From contig OZ076420.1 of NCBI GenBank assembly GCA_964187785.1, forward strand, positions 29,326,001 through 29,390,000: a DNA stretch of 64,000 nt, in the 5' to 3' direction. Below, in pieces: positions 1 to 11,900 of this stretch. The notes under the pieces were generated by a model. That model searched no databases, was not told where the DNA came from, and saw only the letters and a program-made list of their open reading frames with translations. Positions within the stretch are counted from its first letter, which is position 1, and every line of letters begins with the position of its first letter. Source of the stretch: Amphiscolops sp. MND2022. Its lineage: Eukaryota. The position numbers were made by a program, and so were the translations under genes.

Positions 1-807
1 TAAAATGTCTATTGTTGTTTTATAATGCGTATGCTAAGTCTGTAATTTGCTTTGGACTATTGGTTTATGGGAGAGCGGCGAAAACGAACCTTACCAAAAT
101 TGAAATGGCACAGAGGAGAATTATCAGAGCTATTTTATTCAGAAAGAAGTTTGACAGCTTGCAAAACATTCTGCACCAAACCACTTTAAATACAGTTTTT
201 GAATTGTTCATTCAGGATGTATTTCGAGAAATCTTTAATCAACTGAGATCTAATGGTACATCGAAACTTTCGAAACTCATTGCTGAATGGAAACAACGAA
301 AAACGCGAGGATCGATAAAAGGCCTCTTACCAATACCCTACAGCCGAACGAAAAGTAAATCGAAGTCAGTTGAGCATACACTCATCAAAGGCTACAACTG
401 GTTATTGCAAACGGATTTAATGCCTGGTAATATCGAAACCATGACCCAAACGCAAATCAAAACGTACCTGAAAAATCTAAATAGGCTATATATTACAGAT
501 AGTAGTGAACTTTTTGCTTTGTTTTTCCAATGATAAGGTCAGTCGCTGAAATTGAATCACAGCCGAAAACTTTATTATTCACATTAGTTGATCAATAAAG
601 GATAAAAGCTTTATTGTGTGAGATAAAGAGACTTCTGAAAAAGGAAGGTTAGATATGAGTTGGTCTGAATTTGGTTCTCTCTTATACAGGGCAAAAACTC
701 GAAGAGCTGATTATGCTCCTTTTTTGTCCTGCTTGAACGTTTATTTTAGTCTTTTCATAATTATGTTGGATTATGTAATCGTTCAAGAAAAATAAACTTT
801 CAACTTT
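1..807 (+). mobile_element. 3' end of a non-LTR retrotransposon (CR1/L2-group-like): C-terminus of ORF2 plus 3' UTR
   Basis: ORF 12-533 reads YNAYAKSVICFGLLVYG...KIEMAQRRIIRAI, the typical post-RT C-terminal segment of LINE ORF2. AATAAA at 791-796 is followed by a short ctttcaacttt tail. Lies in an SLC26 intron. Confidence 0.65.
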
Positions 808-899
808 ATGGTCCAAGAAAACGTCGTCGATCCTTTTCAATTTTTCTCTAGCTTCTCGGGTTCGCTACAAAACGTCTGTCTAACTTATGAATGTTTCAG

Positions 900-1425
900 A
901 CATACTGCTGCACATGCGCGAAACCAATATATGTTCATTAACTGTTGGACTCACAACCGGATTTGTTCTTTACATTTTGGTTGTAATCAACGAGCACTTC
1001 AAATCTCGTCTCAAGATTCCCATCCCTGCGGAACTACTTTGTGTTGCCATTTCTATCATCATATCTCACTTCTGCAAGTTGAGTGAAAAATTCAAAGTAG
1101 GTGTAGTAGGGCATGTTCCTACTGGATTCCCCGAACCGTCGGTATCTTTCTTCCATACACCTGCTCTAGATCAAAACTCCTCCATGATTTTGAGCAACGC
1201 TGTCACAATTGGGTTAGTGAGTTTCGCTGTCTCCTTGGCATTGGCTAAACTCTTGGCTGAGCGGCATGGGTATACCGTGAGGAACAACCAAGAATTAGTG
1301 GCTTTGGGCTTTGTGAATATTGGGACTTCCTTTTTTGGATGCTTCCCCTCCGCAGCCTCACCTAGCAGAAGCCAGCTGCAGAGCCAGGTTGGAGGGAACA
1401 GTCAGTTTGCCAGCGTCATTGCCAG
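900..1425 (+). CDS. SLC26/SulP anion transporter, internal exon (transmembrane domain); upstream exons lie outside the window
   Basis: Acceptor tttcag at 899 and donor gtataa at 1426. Translation includes IPIPAELL, GVVGHVPTGFP, GYTVRNNQELVALG and SPSRSQLQSQVGGNSQ, all characteristic SLC26 motifs. Confidence 0.93.
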
Positions 1426-1706
1426 GTATAATAATGTTTCAAACTTTTCCGTATAGAATTTTTTTCGAAGCCAAATAACGTACCAGGTTGTAATCAACAC
1501 TACTGAAATTTATCAATATGAGTATGATGTGTGAATTAATTGAATTTCCAGAGTTGGCTTTTTACCGTGAAACATTTTTTCCTGTTTTTTTTTCGGTCCA
1601 TCTTTTTTTCTCTATTATAATTTTTAGCTTTCAATCAAGGTTTTCCCGAAAAGTAGCTGTGCTTAGCGTTTTTATTTCTTGTCTAGAAATCATGTTTTTC
1701 GCGTTT

Positions 1707-2134
1707 TTAGTCAGCGCTTTTATTAATAAAAGAGCCCGGCTATTGGCCACTCGTTTTTTTCAAGACAGACTCGAAGCGACGAAATTTTTGTTCAGATTGT
1801 CCAACTAAACGAACACCTGGGAAACGCATCTAAGTTATCGCAAAGGGTCCCTCTTTCAGTTTTTACTTTTTAAACGTAACATACAAAACCAGATGAGACT
1901 GAAGGGTCCCCGCTTTCAATTTTTTCGGCGCTGAGACTTTTTTTCGAAAAAAATTTCGTCTTTAAGCGCTATATCCGAACTTCTGACGTTATATCCGAGC
2001 TATATTGCGTTTTTGTAAGGAGGAGGCGGAAGTCCGAAAACAGGAGTTTTTCATGAAAACGTCCTACGCATATTTCAAATCTGCGCTTTTTGAGCCTTAG
2101 ATGTAGCGTCGACTTTAGACGTTCCCGTCTTGTT
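1707..2134 (+). mobile_element. Non-autonomous Helentron-type element (HINE/DINE-1-like family), single copy
   Basis: 5' end agtcagcgc...ggct at 1709. 3' end gagccttag...gcgtcgact followed by hairpin agacg-ttcc-cgtct (2117-2130) and tgtt. Confidence 0.7.
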
Positions 2135-2559
2135 ATTTCTTGTCTAGAAAGGATGGTCCACGAGTAGCAATGAATGCATAAACTTCAAATACTTGCTTTT
2201 TTAAAACTCATCTTTTTCAATGCTCATTCAAAGTTCTTTGACAGCGGCCCCGATCGAAAGATGATCACTTTTAGATTGATTTAAATGGAGCCGGCTTCGC
2301 TTCATTTCTGAGAACTACATATACGAAGTAGCTCAAAATGTCATTTTTTGACGAGTTCGAAAATAGCCTTTTTTGCAAATATGCCTTACTTAATTACTTT
2401 CAAATCAAGCCTAATCAAAAGCTTTTGATATGTAGATTGGTGCAAGTGGGCCAGTTCTACGTAATATTGCTTTTTTTTATTTATGTTAGTCGGAAAACTG
2501 TGGAAAAACCACGTGACCATCTTCCGTTCGTATAGCAATGGTTTAGTCGGCGCTTCTTC

Positions 2560-4567
2560 AATGCAAGAACTGGTACCGTACAAGATTGTATAGACATAGA
2601 TGGCGAAGGACTTGAACCGTCTGAACGAACAAAGACTCTAAAATAAATACAAATGGCCGCTCACTGATTGACGTATGTAAGACAACTGATATGTTGATAC
2701 TGAATGGGCGAAGTGGCAAGGATAAAGGTGTTGGTAGTTTTACTTGTAACAATTACAACGGAAAGAGTGTGGTAGATTATATAATTGCGGACAGTTCGTT
2801 GACTGATAAATTAAATAACTTTGAAGTATTACAATTTGACCCAAGTTTATCAGACGTCCATTGCGGTCTGAAAGTTGAAATCTTAAGATGTGGAAGTTAA
2901 TAAAAACAATGAATCTTTCGTTGGGATGAAAAAAGTCTGGAATGATGTGTTAAAGTCCAGTTTTTTGAAGTCACTGGAAAATCAAGACCTTAGTAATATT
3001 TGTTTTTTGCTGCAAAATAAAAACGCAACGTTGTCTGAAGTCATTGAAATTGATCGAGAATTAAGACGTATACTTGTTAACTCTGCAGAAGTATCGAATG
3101 TTTTGCGTACCCCTTCTCGAGTGTCCAGAAAAAACCAATGATTCGACTTGGAATGTCATGTAAAAAAGACTGAATATAGAAGCAAGTGTAGGAGCTCGGG
3201 AAGCATAACTGAAAAAAAAGCAGCTCTCAAAATATACAAAAATTTCATAATCCTGAAAAAGAAAACGTTCTTGAAAAACTTCAATGAAAAACTATTGAGA
3301 CTTCGATCAAACAACTCCAAGGAATACTGGTCGGTAATAGGCAGTTTCAAAAAGAAAAGCCCCCTGCCACAATTAGATATTAAAACTTTCTCTGAACACT
3401 TTCAACATTTGCATCTGCTACCATCGAACTTTTGTGTTGATGAACTAGAGTTCCCAGAAGGGAACATCAATATTGAATTGAATAGAAATTTTAGTTATGA
3501 AGAGGTGCGAGAATCTTTGCAAAATCTTAAATGCGGGAAATCAGCTGGTCAAGATAGTATTTACCCGGAATTTCTGAAATATGTCCCTCTGTCCCTCGTT
3601 GAAGTACTTATTAGTTTTTTCAACCTAGTTTTAAATACAGGAATCGTCCCCGATGATTGGGCTAGGTGAACTATATGTCCAATTCATAAGGGAACAATGA
3701 CCGACCCTAATAATTACCGGGGATTTTCGTTGATTAATTGCATTGGAAAAGTTTTCTCGTCAATTTTAAGTACCAGGATCAAACACTATTTAGATTTAAC
3801 GAACAGAATTGGTTCGGAACAGGCTGGCTTTAGGAAGGGATACGGCTGTGGGGATCATACGTTCTCCTTGACTAAAATTCTATCTTTGTATTTGGCAAAT
3901 GGCAAACGAATGTACGCCACCTTTCTTGATTATGAAAAGGCATTCGATTTAGTCGATCGATCAATTCTTTGGAAGAAGTTACATGATCATAATATCAATG
4001 GTAAAATTTTCAATGTCATACGTGGTCTCTACTCGAAAACAGAAGCATGTGTCAGAGTGGGCAATAGTTATTCTAGTTTTTTCAAATGTGAGGTTGGAGT
4101 TAGGCTGGGTGATAATTTATCACCACTATTGTTCACAATTTTTGTAAATGACTTCAAAGCCTACTTGAAAAACTACTGTAAAGGATTGAGTTTTCTATCG
4201 AATTTACTGAAGAGCAACTCAGATGATGTCGACGAGGAGGAAATCTTTGCCCGTCTGTATGCAGATGATACCATTATTCTGACTGAAAGCGAAGAAGACA
4301 TGCAAAAAGCATTAAATGCTGCATATTGCACATGATCAATATTGCAGTAACTTTAACATTCGAATAAATTGTTCCAAAACAAAATATATGATCTTCTCCA
4401 GGGGAAAAGTTCGTAAATCGTCAGGGATGTTTATAAACAACAGCCCAATAGAAAGAGTTGACAGTTTTAGCTATTTGGGGATAATTTTCAAGTACAACAG
4501 TACCTTTCAATTAACGATAAAAAACAACGTTGACAAAGCGAAGAAAGTGTTATTTCCGCTAATGTAA
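2560..4567 (+). mobile_element. Decayed LINE (CR1/L2-group-like) fragment: end of APE endonuclease plus reverse transcriptase
   Basis: Across several frames: (F)NARTG, NGRSLIDVCK...LNGRSG, SVVDYIIA, SDVH (APE); KSAGQD, DPNNYRGFSL, EQAGFRKG, FLDYEKAFD, GVRLGDNLSPLLF, LYADD (RT). Broken by stops and frameshifts and truncated at both ends. Confidence 0.92.
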
Positions 4568-5085
4568 TCCCTAGCTAACGCTAAAGCGGCGCTATTAGCG
4601 ATTAGCTTCAAATCTCTGGTTTGTGATCTAAACAACTTGATTGCCTAATCACTCAAAACAGTTCTGTGGAAGAATTGGACATTAAAATATTTTTGTGAGC
4701 TTTCAATGAGCTCGAAAATTACTCGGAATAGCGTTTTTTAATACGAAAAGAATTTGAAAATTGTATTTTCATATGTATTAAGATCATATAATTATTTTCA
4801 AGAGTCTTTTACTTGCTGTATTCAAAACTCAGCTATGTAATATTAACAAAGACAATAAATTTTTACTTTTTCGGAGAATTGATTCCTTTTACATGTATTA
4901 AGATTAGTAGGTATAGGAGTAATTCTCCATGATTGTTGACTTGCTCCTGAAATTTGTTTCGGAGAAAACTGAAAGTATTGCATCAAGTTTAAGTACTTAA
5001 AATTCTAAAGTTGAGACCTGAAACAGCTCTGTTAATACATTCATAACGAAATTTCAAAAGTGTGATGTTGGTGATAGAAATTTCA

Positions 5086-6092
5086 AACAAGACGGGATCG
5101 TCTCAAGTCGGCGCCATATCTAAGGCTCAAAAATATTCAAAGAACAACTATTGGAAACATTTGGAAAAATTATTTTTTTCAAAAAAAATTTTGAAAATTT
5201 TTTTTTTCGAAAAAAGTATTTTTTTGGAAAGTCGCACAATGCCGAAAAACTCAAAAAGAGGCCATTCAGGCTCATTAAACGTTTTTACAAACCGAAAACT
5301 TCAAAAAAATGCAAGGGGTTACCCTTTGATAGAATCCGAAAATTTTCGAAAAAAATGTCGCATAGTGCCGAAAAAAAACCCAAAGAGGGGACCCTTTGGT
5401 CTCACCTGCTGTACTTTTGGAAGCATAAAAATATTATGGTTTAGTGCGAGAATCGAACCCCCGCTCTCCGGCTTGGAAGATGAACAAATATGAAAGATGA
5501 ACAAATTGTAAAAAGTGGACCATTCAGAGTGAGATTGTAGGCTGAAAAGGAAAAAAAACAAGACGGGAACGTCCCAAGTCGGCGCCATATCTTAGGCTCA
5601 AAAATATTCAAGGAACAACTATTGGAAAAATTTGGAAAAATTTTTTTTTTCAAAAAAATTTTTTGATTTTTTTTCCGAAAAAAAGTATTTTTTAGGTCGC
5701 ACAATGCCGAAAAACTCAAAAAGAGGCCATTCAGGCTCATTCAACGTTTTCTACAAACCGAAAACTTCAAAAAAAATCAAGGGGGTACCCTTTGATAAAT
5801 TTCGAAAATTTTCGAAAAAAAGTCGCATAGTGCCGAAAAAAAGCCAAAGGGGGGACCCTTTGGTCTCACATGTACTTTTGGAAGCATTAAAAAATTTATG
5901 GTTTAGTGCGAGAATCGAACCCACGCTCTCCGGCTGGGTCGAAGATGGAAGATGAACAAATATGAAAGATGAACAAAAATTGTAAGAAAAGTGGACCACT
6001 CAGAGTGAGATTGTCAACTGAAAAAAACAAAAAAAAACTACTCACTGTAAGAGTCGGGCTTTTTTCCTTAAGGGAAAAGGCGCCGACTAAAA
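5086..6092 (-). mobile_element. Head-to-tail pair of HINE-like elements
   Basis: Two reverse-oriented 3' ends (aacaagacggga...aagtcggcgccatatct at about 5086 and 5566) and one 5' end (...aaggcgccgactaaaa at 6080-6092). The bodies are near-duplicates with a period of about 480 bp. Confidence 0.75.
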
Positions 6093-6237
6093 ACATCCTT
6101 CTGTAAACTCAATGTAATTTCAATAAACTTTGTTAAACTATTTTAGACCCTTGTTGAGTTTTTATGCTTTTTAGTTAAAATGATTTTGTTTCGTGTCCCA
6201 TTTCTTCTTCACAGAACTGGCTGAGTTTTTGTTTCAG

Positions 6238-6361
6238 TGTGATGTTGCTGTGTGTTCTATTGTTTGCTGGGCCTCTTTTCACTTCACTGCCTTTCTCAGT
6301 GTTGGGTGCTATCGTCATTGTCGCCCTCCGTTCTTTTTTCAAACAGGCATTGCTGTTGCCA
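6238..6361 (+). CDS. SLC26 exon (TM helices)
   Basis: Acceptor tttcag at 6237 and donor gtgagt at 6362. Reads (S)VMLLCVLLFAGPLFTSLPFSVLGAIVIVALRSFFKQ; phase matches the previous exon (AG|T). Confidence 0.92.
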
Positions 6362-7111
6362 GTGAGTAATCTCTATATACTTACTGCCCTGAAATATGAT
6401 TTCAAAAATATGACAGGTAATTTTGAATGTACTAAATTGTATCATCGATGTTTTCCGTATTTTTCACATAATTTTCGTGGATAGGTATTTTCGAACAAAG
6501 TTGATAATCCTTCATTTTCGTTTTGTCTCTAGATCTTGGAAATGACGAAACGTATGTAACATGGTGCTAGATCAATTGGCTGATGGCGCTGTTGACCGAA
6601 TGTGAAGTTGGCCGACGAAATACATCAGAATATCGGAATTAGCCGTAAATGGAGCTCATAAAAAATTGAAAAGAAAAATAAAATTAGATTTTCGTAGCGC
6701 TCAGGAAATGAAACTGGTTTTGATTGAAAATCGTTTCAACTTTTTGTATCCTTTTGAATGAGAAATTGCAAACGTGTTTAGTATTGTTTACGAACGAATT
6801 TCTGATAACTTTTAATCCAATGCGAATTGCATAAAATTCAGAATACCTTCACTGATATCCAATCACATTTAATCGGGTCAGCTAACTGCTCGGTCGGCCA
6901 TTTGAGCAGACGGTCAATTGCACGGTCGCCATGTAACAAGCCATTGATATCAAAGATTGCATCACCGCGAAATCATCGGATGCTTGCTTGCTTTTCATTA
7001 AGAGAATTTTGAGAATCAACTTGATTTTGAAACAATTCTTGACTTTAAAATAGTCTTAGCAATACGTGGTATCATTTCGCCAATTGTTTTTCAAATTCAC
7101 TTGTAGAATAG

Positions 7112-7210
7112 TTTTGAATCAGAGACTTAAAATTTGAAAATCGGCACCCAATGAAGTCTGAAAAAAGCAGATTTGGGCCGATTTTCGAATTTTAAGTCTC
7201 AGATTCAAAA
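7112..7210. repeat. Small inverted repeat (hairpin or MITE-like)
   Basis: ttttgaatcagagacttaaaatttgaaaatcggc (from 7112) pairs with gccgattttcgaattttaagtctcagattcaaaa (to 7210): 34-bp arms with 2 mismatches. Confidence 0.8.
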
Positions 7211-8941
7211 TTATTTTTATATGCTCAGGGACAGTTTTATATTATTTATTTATAAATTATTTATAAATACTATTTTTATTTAAAACTGTTATTTATAAAT
7301 ATGCTCACGGACAGTTATTGACAAGACTCATTAATCTAGCACTATGGAAAAATAACCAAGAGATCACCCTTGAAACTCGGAAACGGTTTTCTTCAAAAAA
7401 CATAAAAGGTGCTCTCGCAAACATGAAAAAAGTTCAGTGCAAGATTCGAACCCATTCACTCCTGCTTTCAAACCACGAACTCTCCGGTTGGCCAAGTGGT
7501 GGAATAAGAAACTAAGAAATTCATAGAATGTGTCAGTTCTGTCTGAGACAGCTCGGACTAAAAATCAGATTCTGGATGGAGTCGACCTGGTGATAATATT
7601 ATAACAGAAACACCACGCTTTGGCTACTAGACTATCCAACCTTAGATATTTCAATGGAATGAACGCGGTAACTATTTTGGCCGATCCATGTAGCCTTCAA
7701 AATTTAACAGACAAAAGAATACTAATGTAGGTCAGCCCAGAAAAATTATTTCATCATATTAATCGAATGTGTGTCATTTTTCCAAAATTTAATCTGACTT
7801 GGTTTTTACTTCCTAATTGTTCTTTGTTCCTGATTTTTTGACATCGAAAAAAATTCTTTTGAAGTTTTTAAACATTTTTTTGCTTTGTCACTGGATTAGT
7901 GGTATGGTCAATAATTAACAAGCCGGGAACGGCCCAAGTCGGCGCCATATCTAAGGCTCAACAAGATTTTCAAATATGCAAAGGACAATTGTTATATTTT
8001 ATCAATTTCTCAGCGCCGAAAGTTAAATATCCCATGGGATACACATGACTGACTCGAAAATTTACAATTACACAATCATAAAAAAAATACATTAAATTAT
8101 TAGAACACAAGGCTGTCAACCTAGGAGCAGTCACAGGCACTATGCCCTACTAAATAACCGCCCTAACCGCTACTATTACTTCTACAAATACAATACATCT
8201 TTGAGGAGGTTCAGTTTTGGTAGGAGTTGGAATTTTCACGGAGGAAAACTTGACTGAAGTCCCTACAATGAAGACAATCGTTTCACGATATCTATATAGC
8301 GCACTAGCATGTACGACTAGAGTTCAGTTGTATCACAAAACGAGGTGCGAAAAAGTTAGAACAAAGATTTTATGTTCAACATAAGTGATGAAGTTGAAGG
8401 AAAGTAATGAAAAAGGCAACAAAAAGTTAGGTTGATCAAAAGAAGCGGCTCTCATAAAGGAACTTTCGGAGTTTTCTGAAGTTTTAACAAACCGACAGCA
8501 TCCGGTCTTTAGACAGGGTCAGAGCAGGGAAAATATCAAAGTTCAAGTCTTAGAATGGTGAAAAAACGAAGGAGAGCTGAAACGAGGGCACAACCCACAC
8601 GGGGTCCATCGTACTAAGTTTTTGGGTCCGACGAAACAGCTCAAATCCCAGGTTCTTTCACCAAATACAAAAATGAAAATGGAAAAAACTAGTCCTAAAC
8701 ATTGACAAATTGAAAGTTTCGGAAAAACATCGTTGATCATTATTAAGTGTTTGGCTATAAATGTCGATCTGCAAAGCAAAAAGAGTACGCAAGTTTTTGG
8801 CATTTCAAACTGAATTTTTTCCACCTCGTTACCATATTATCTCATTTATGTTTCCTTTTGAAAAACGTTTTGTAGCAGAAAGTGTATAATTGGCATCGTG
8901 TGAGCATGGACAAAATATAAATCAAAATGTATAAATCGAAG

Positions 8942-11900
8942 CTAATCAAAAACATTTACAACAATTCTTTCGTTGTCGGAATAATAAACAGGGTGTAAAA
9001 AACATTCAGCATTAAGATTTCGAAGGAAGCAGAGGTCCAATTCGTTTCCATCCCGGTGGGTGTTCGACTTAATGACTTGACAAAGTTTTTTGCATCCATG
9101 AATGATGGAAAATTTCGGCAATGAGGATAAGTAAAGTCTCCAACAACTATTTTCACGTCCTTTGTCAGAGCGACCTTCATCTGCTCGAGGAAATCTTTCG
9201 AATTGCGCCGAGGGTTCCGGTAAACATGAACGATTGAAAAGCCGTGTTGAATGAGGTGAAGTTTTGGAAGTCTTGGAAACTGACTGCATGTACTTTTAGT
9301 TCGTGGTCTTTGAAAGCACTCGAACCTAGTCCACGACCACTTTTCAAATGAGAGACGCTTGTGAAGTGCGGTGAAAGAGATGGGTCAGATTGATTGTCCG
9401 CATACCACGTTTCAGACAAGAGGAGCAGATTTGTGGCTCGGAGAACATTGTCCGAAAGAATGTCGACAGTTTTGAGATGAAGCGACTGAATATTCAAAGA
9501 AACGACAATTAACGAGGCCGTGCTTCTGATGGGAAAAATCTTGTGCAAAAAACATCGCTCCGCGCTTCTAGCTGCTCGCACATAAGTTTGGCAGTGAAAT
9601 CGCATCGAATTTGCTTCGGGTCGAAATTTCCATTAATAAAAATATCTTCAATTCTCTTTGAGCGGCTCAACATTACGTATACCATACCAGCTGGTAGACC
9701 CTTGCTCCATTGAATAACAGTTTTTGTGTTGCAACCAAAAGTCTGCCCTTGAACCTTATGGCAAGTGATACCCCAGGCCAATCGAAGAGGTAGTTGTACA
9801 AGCGTTGCTCGTGCTAGGTGTTTGCCTGAACTGCCAAGATTGTACGTAAAGCGTTCTTCAAAGATAGGAACGGATCTCGGTTGTAAAGCTGCGAGTCGAG
9901 AATACTTCTTAGACTGATCTGTTCCAACATTAACATCGTCAAATCTAACAAGAACGACATAAATTTGTTTTTTTCGGTGTGAACTCAAATCCTGTAACCG
10001 TGCCAAGTTGACCTTTTGTGAGAACTTGTCTGGAACATTCACATTGTGTATGAGAATAACCCTAGCTTTGTCTTTGAGTTGCAATTCGTTTTGGAAAGCT
10101 GTGCCATCAATTCGACCGTGCTGACTAACATGGGAAGAGCAACCTTGAAACGAAAACGAACAAATGCTAGAAAAAAAACGAATAAACGATATCAATGGAA
10201 AGAAGAAAATAACCTATAGGGCAAGATTTGATTGCGTTTACTTTGTGCAGACAACCAGGTGTGCTGGAGAGCAAATCAGAATTATGATCCGATACATCCT
10301 GATTTGTGTAAAATTTCGGGTTTCATTGTTTTTGGCAGTGTTACTGGAGACTCGACTTTTCAACTGTTCAACGTCTTCAGGAGTTACTTTCTCGGTTCGT
10401 ACACGTCGAAGAACATTCGACCACACGAGGTCACCTTTGGTCTGAAACAAATAGAAAGGACTTTCAGATTCGGTTCCCGATGGGATTCAGAATTTCATTA
10501 AATCAGATGTCAATATAGAAAACATAGAAAATCTACAATCTATATTTCGAAATTGTTCAGAAAAGTTTGTAAAGCAACTTCAGAACATACCTGTGGATTT
10601 CGTTTAGCACAACAGCGTCAAGTTTCTCCCATAAGTTTTCAAAGTCAAAAAAAGTCAATACTTCTCGTTCCTTGGCCGTTGAAAGACAGTTTCCTTGAAC
10701 TGGTCTGAGCTGAAGGAGATCGCCAAACAGAACGATGCCAACATTGCCGAAGATCTCACCACTTTGTCAATTTTGCTGCAAACGTTCATGTATTTGGTAG
10801 AGAAGATCTGATTTGACCATACTCATTTCGTCAACTATGAGTAATCGTAAGTCACCGAGTGTGGCTCTTTGGTTATCCAGTGCGGCATCACTAAGACTGG
10901 CTAGCTTATTTCCGAAACCCAGACTAAATGCAGAATGAATAGTGATACCATTTACAAGAGATGCCGCCATACCAGTGGCAGCAACTACTAGGGCATGCGG
11001 TTTATCGACATTGCTTCCAGCTCTGGTAAATTTTATGTAGAGCGTAATTCATTGTGCAGCTAATAAGTAACGACTTCCCGGTGCCTGCTTCACCTTGAAC
11101 TATTAGTCGGGGCCCGTGTATTTCATTTTGCCGGGTGCAGTCATGAATAAACTTTGCTACGTAATCAAAAACCAATCGCTGTCGACGATCTAAACTTCTA
11201 ATTTCGCAATGAACTTCCTGCTTGGATCTAATTTTCAATTTTGGTAAGGTGACTTTTGACGCGCCCTCGGTAGAAGTCTCGAATGTTCCTGGATGCCGAT
11301 CAGTGAAGGTTATTTCAGAGGGGTTGAAAGAGTCATATACGTTTTCCTGCACTCCTTGTGGATCTAAGAGGTCAGCTATGTGCCGAGAGCGTAAATTGGC
11401 CGTGTCCAAGTCAAGACATTTCTGTAGAAGTGGCTGGTCAGGGACCAGAGGAAAGACCTTTCTTTTGTTTTGCAAGATCATGTGGGATGAACTATTGTAA
11501 AGTTTCATGCAAAGAGCGGCTGAATTTCGATGTAGGTCCAAAATTTCATTTCGCCAAGGATAAAAGAAGGCACTCCCTGTAATAAAATTCGTGTTCTTCA
11601 GTTTTTTTTGTGAGTCATGAAGTCGGATAACACACTGACTTCGTCGGTTTTATGCGACCAAAATTTTCCTTCAGAAGAATAGATTCACCCGTATGAGGAT
11701 AACTGGTGGGAACAGATTGATACTCAATAGCAAACATCGCTAAGCACATGTCATTCAACGCGTCTGGTCGGTTACTGTATTTTTGATGCAGTGACTTCGT
11801 AAACACAAAATTTCCTTCTCGACCTTCGATAGCAACACAACTTTCCATGTTCACGTTGCCGCACTCGTCCACAAATTTCAAAAGTCTATTTTCCGGGAAA

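Noticed and set aside
5062-6096. 60-190 aa ORFs rich in F/K/S/P here and at 21496-21887, 23553-23864, 44968-46539, 48275-48754, 51484-52041, 55839-56143
   Set aside because: They are chance open frames inside HINE repeats; composition reflects A/T runs and no domain motifs are present.
8050-8824. Possible LINE 3' remnant between the endonuclease stop and the proposed Helentron 3' end
   Set aside because: It looks repeat-like, but I could not identify a convincing protein motif in any frame.
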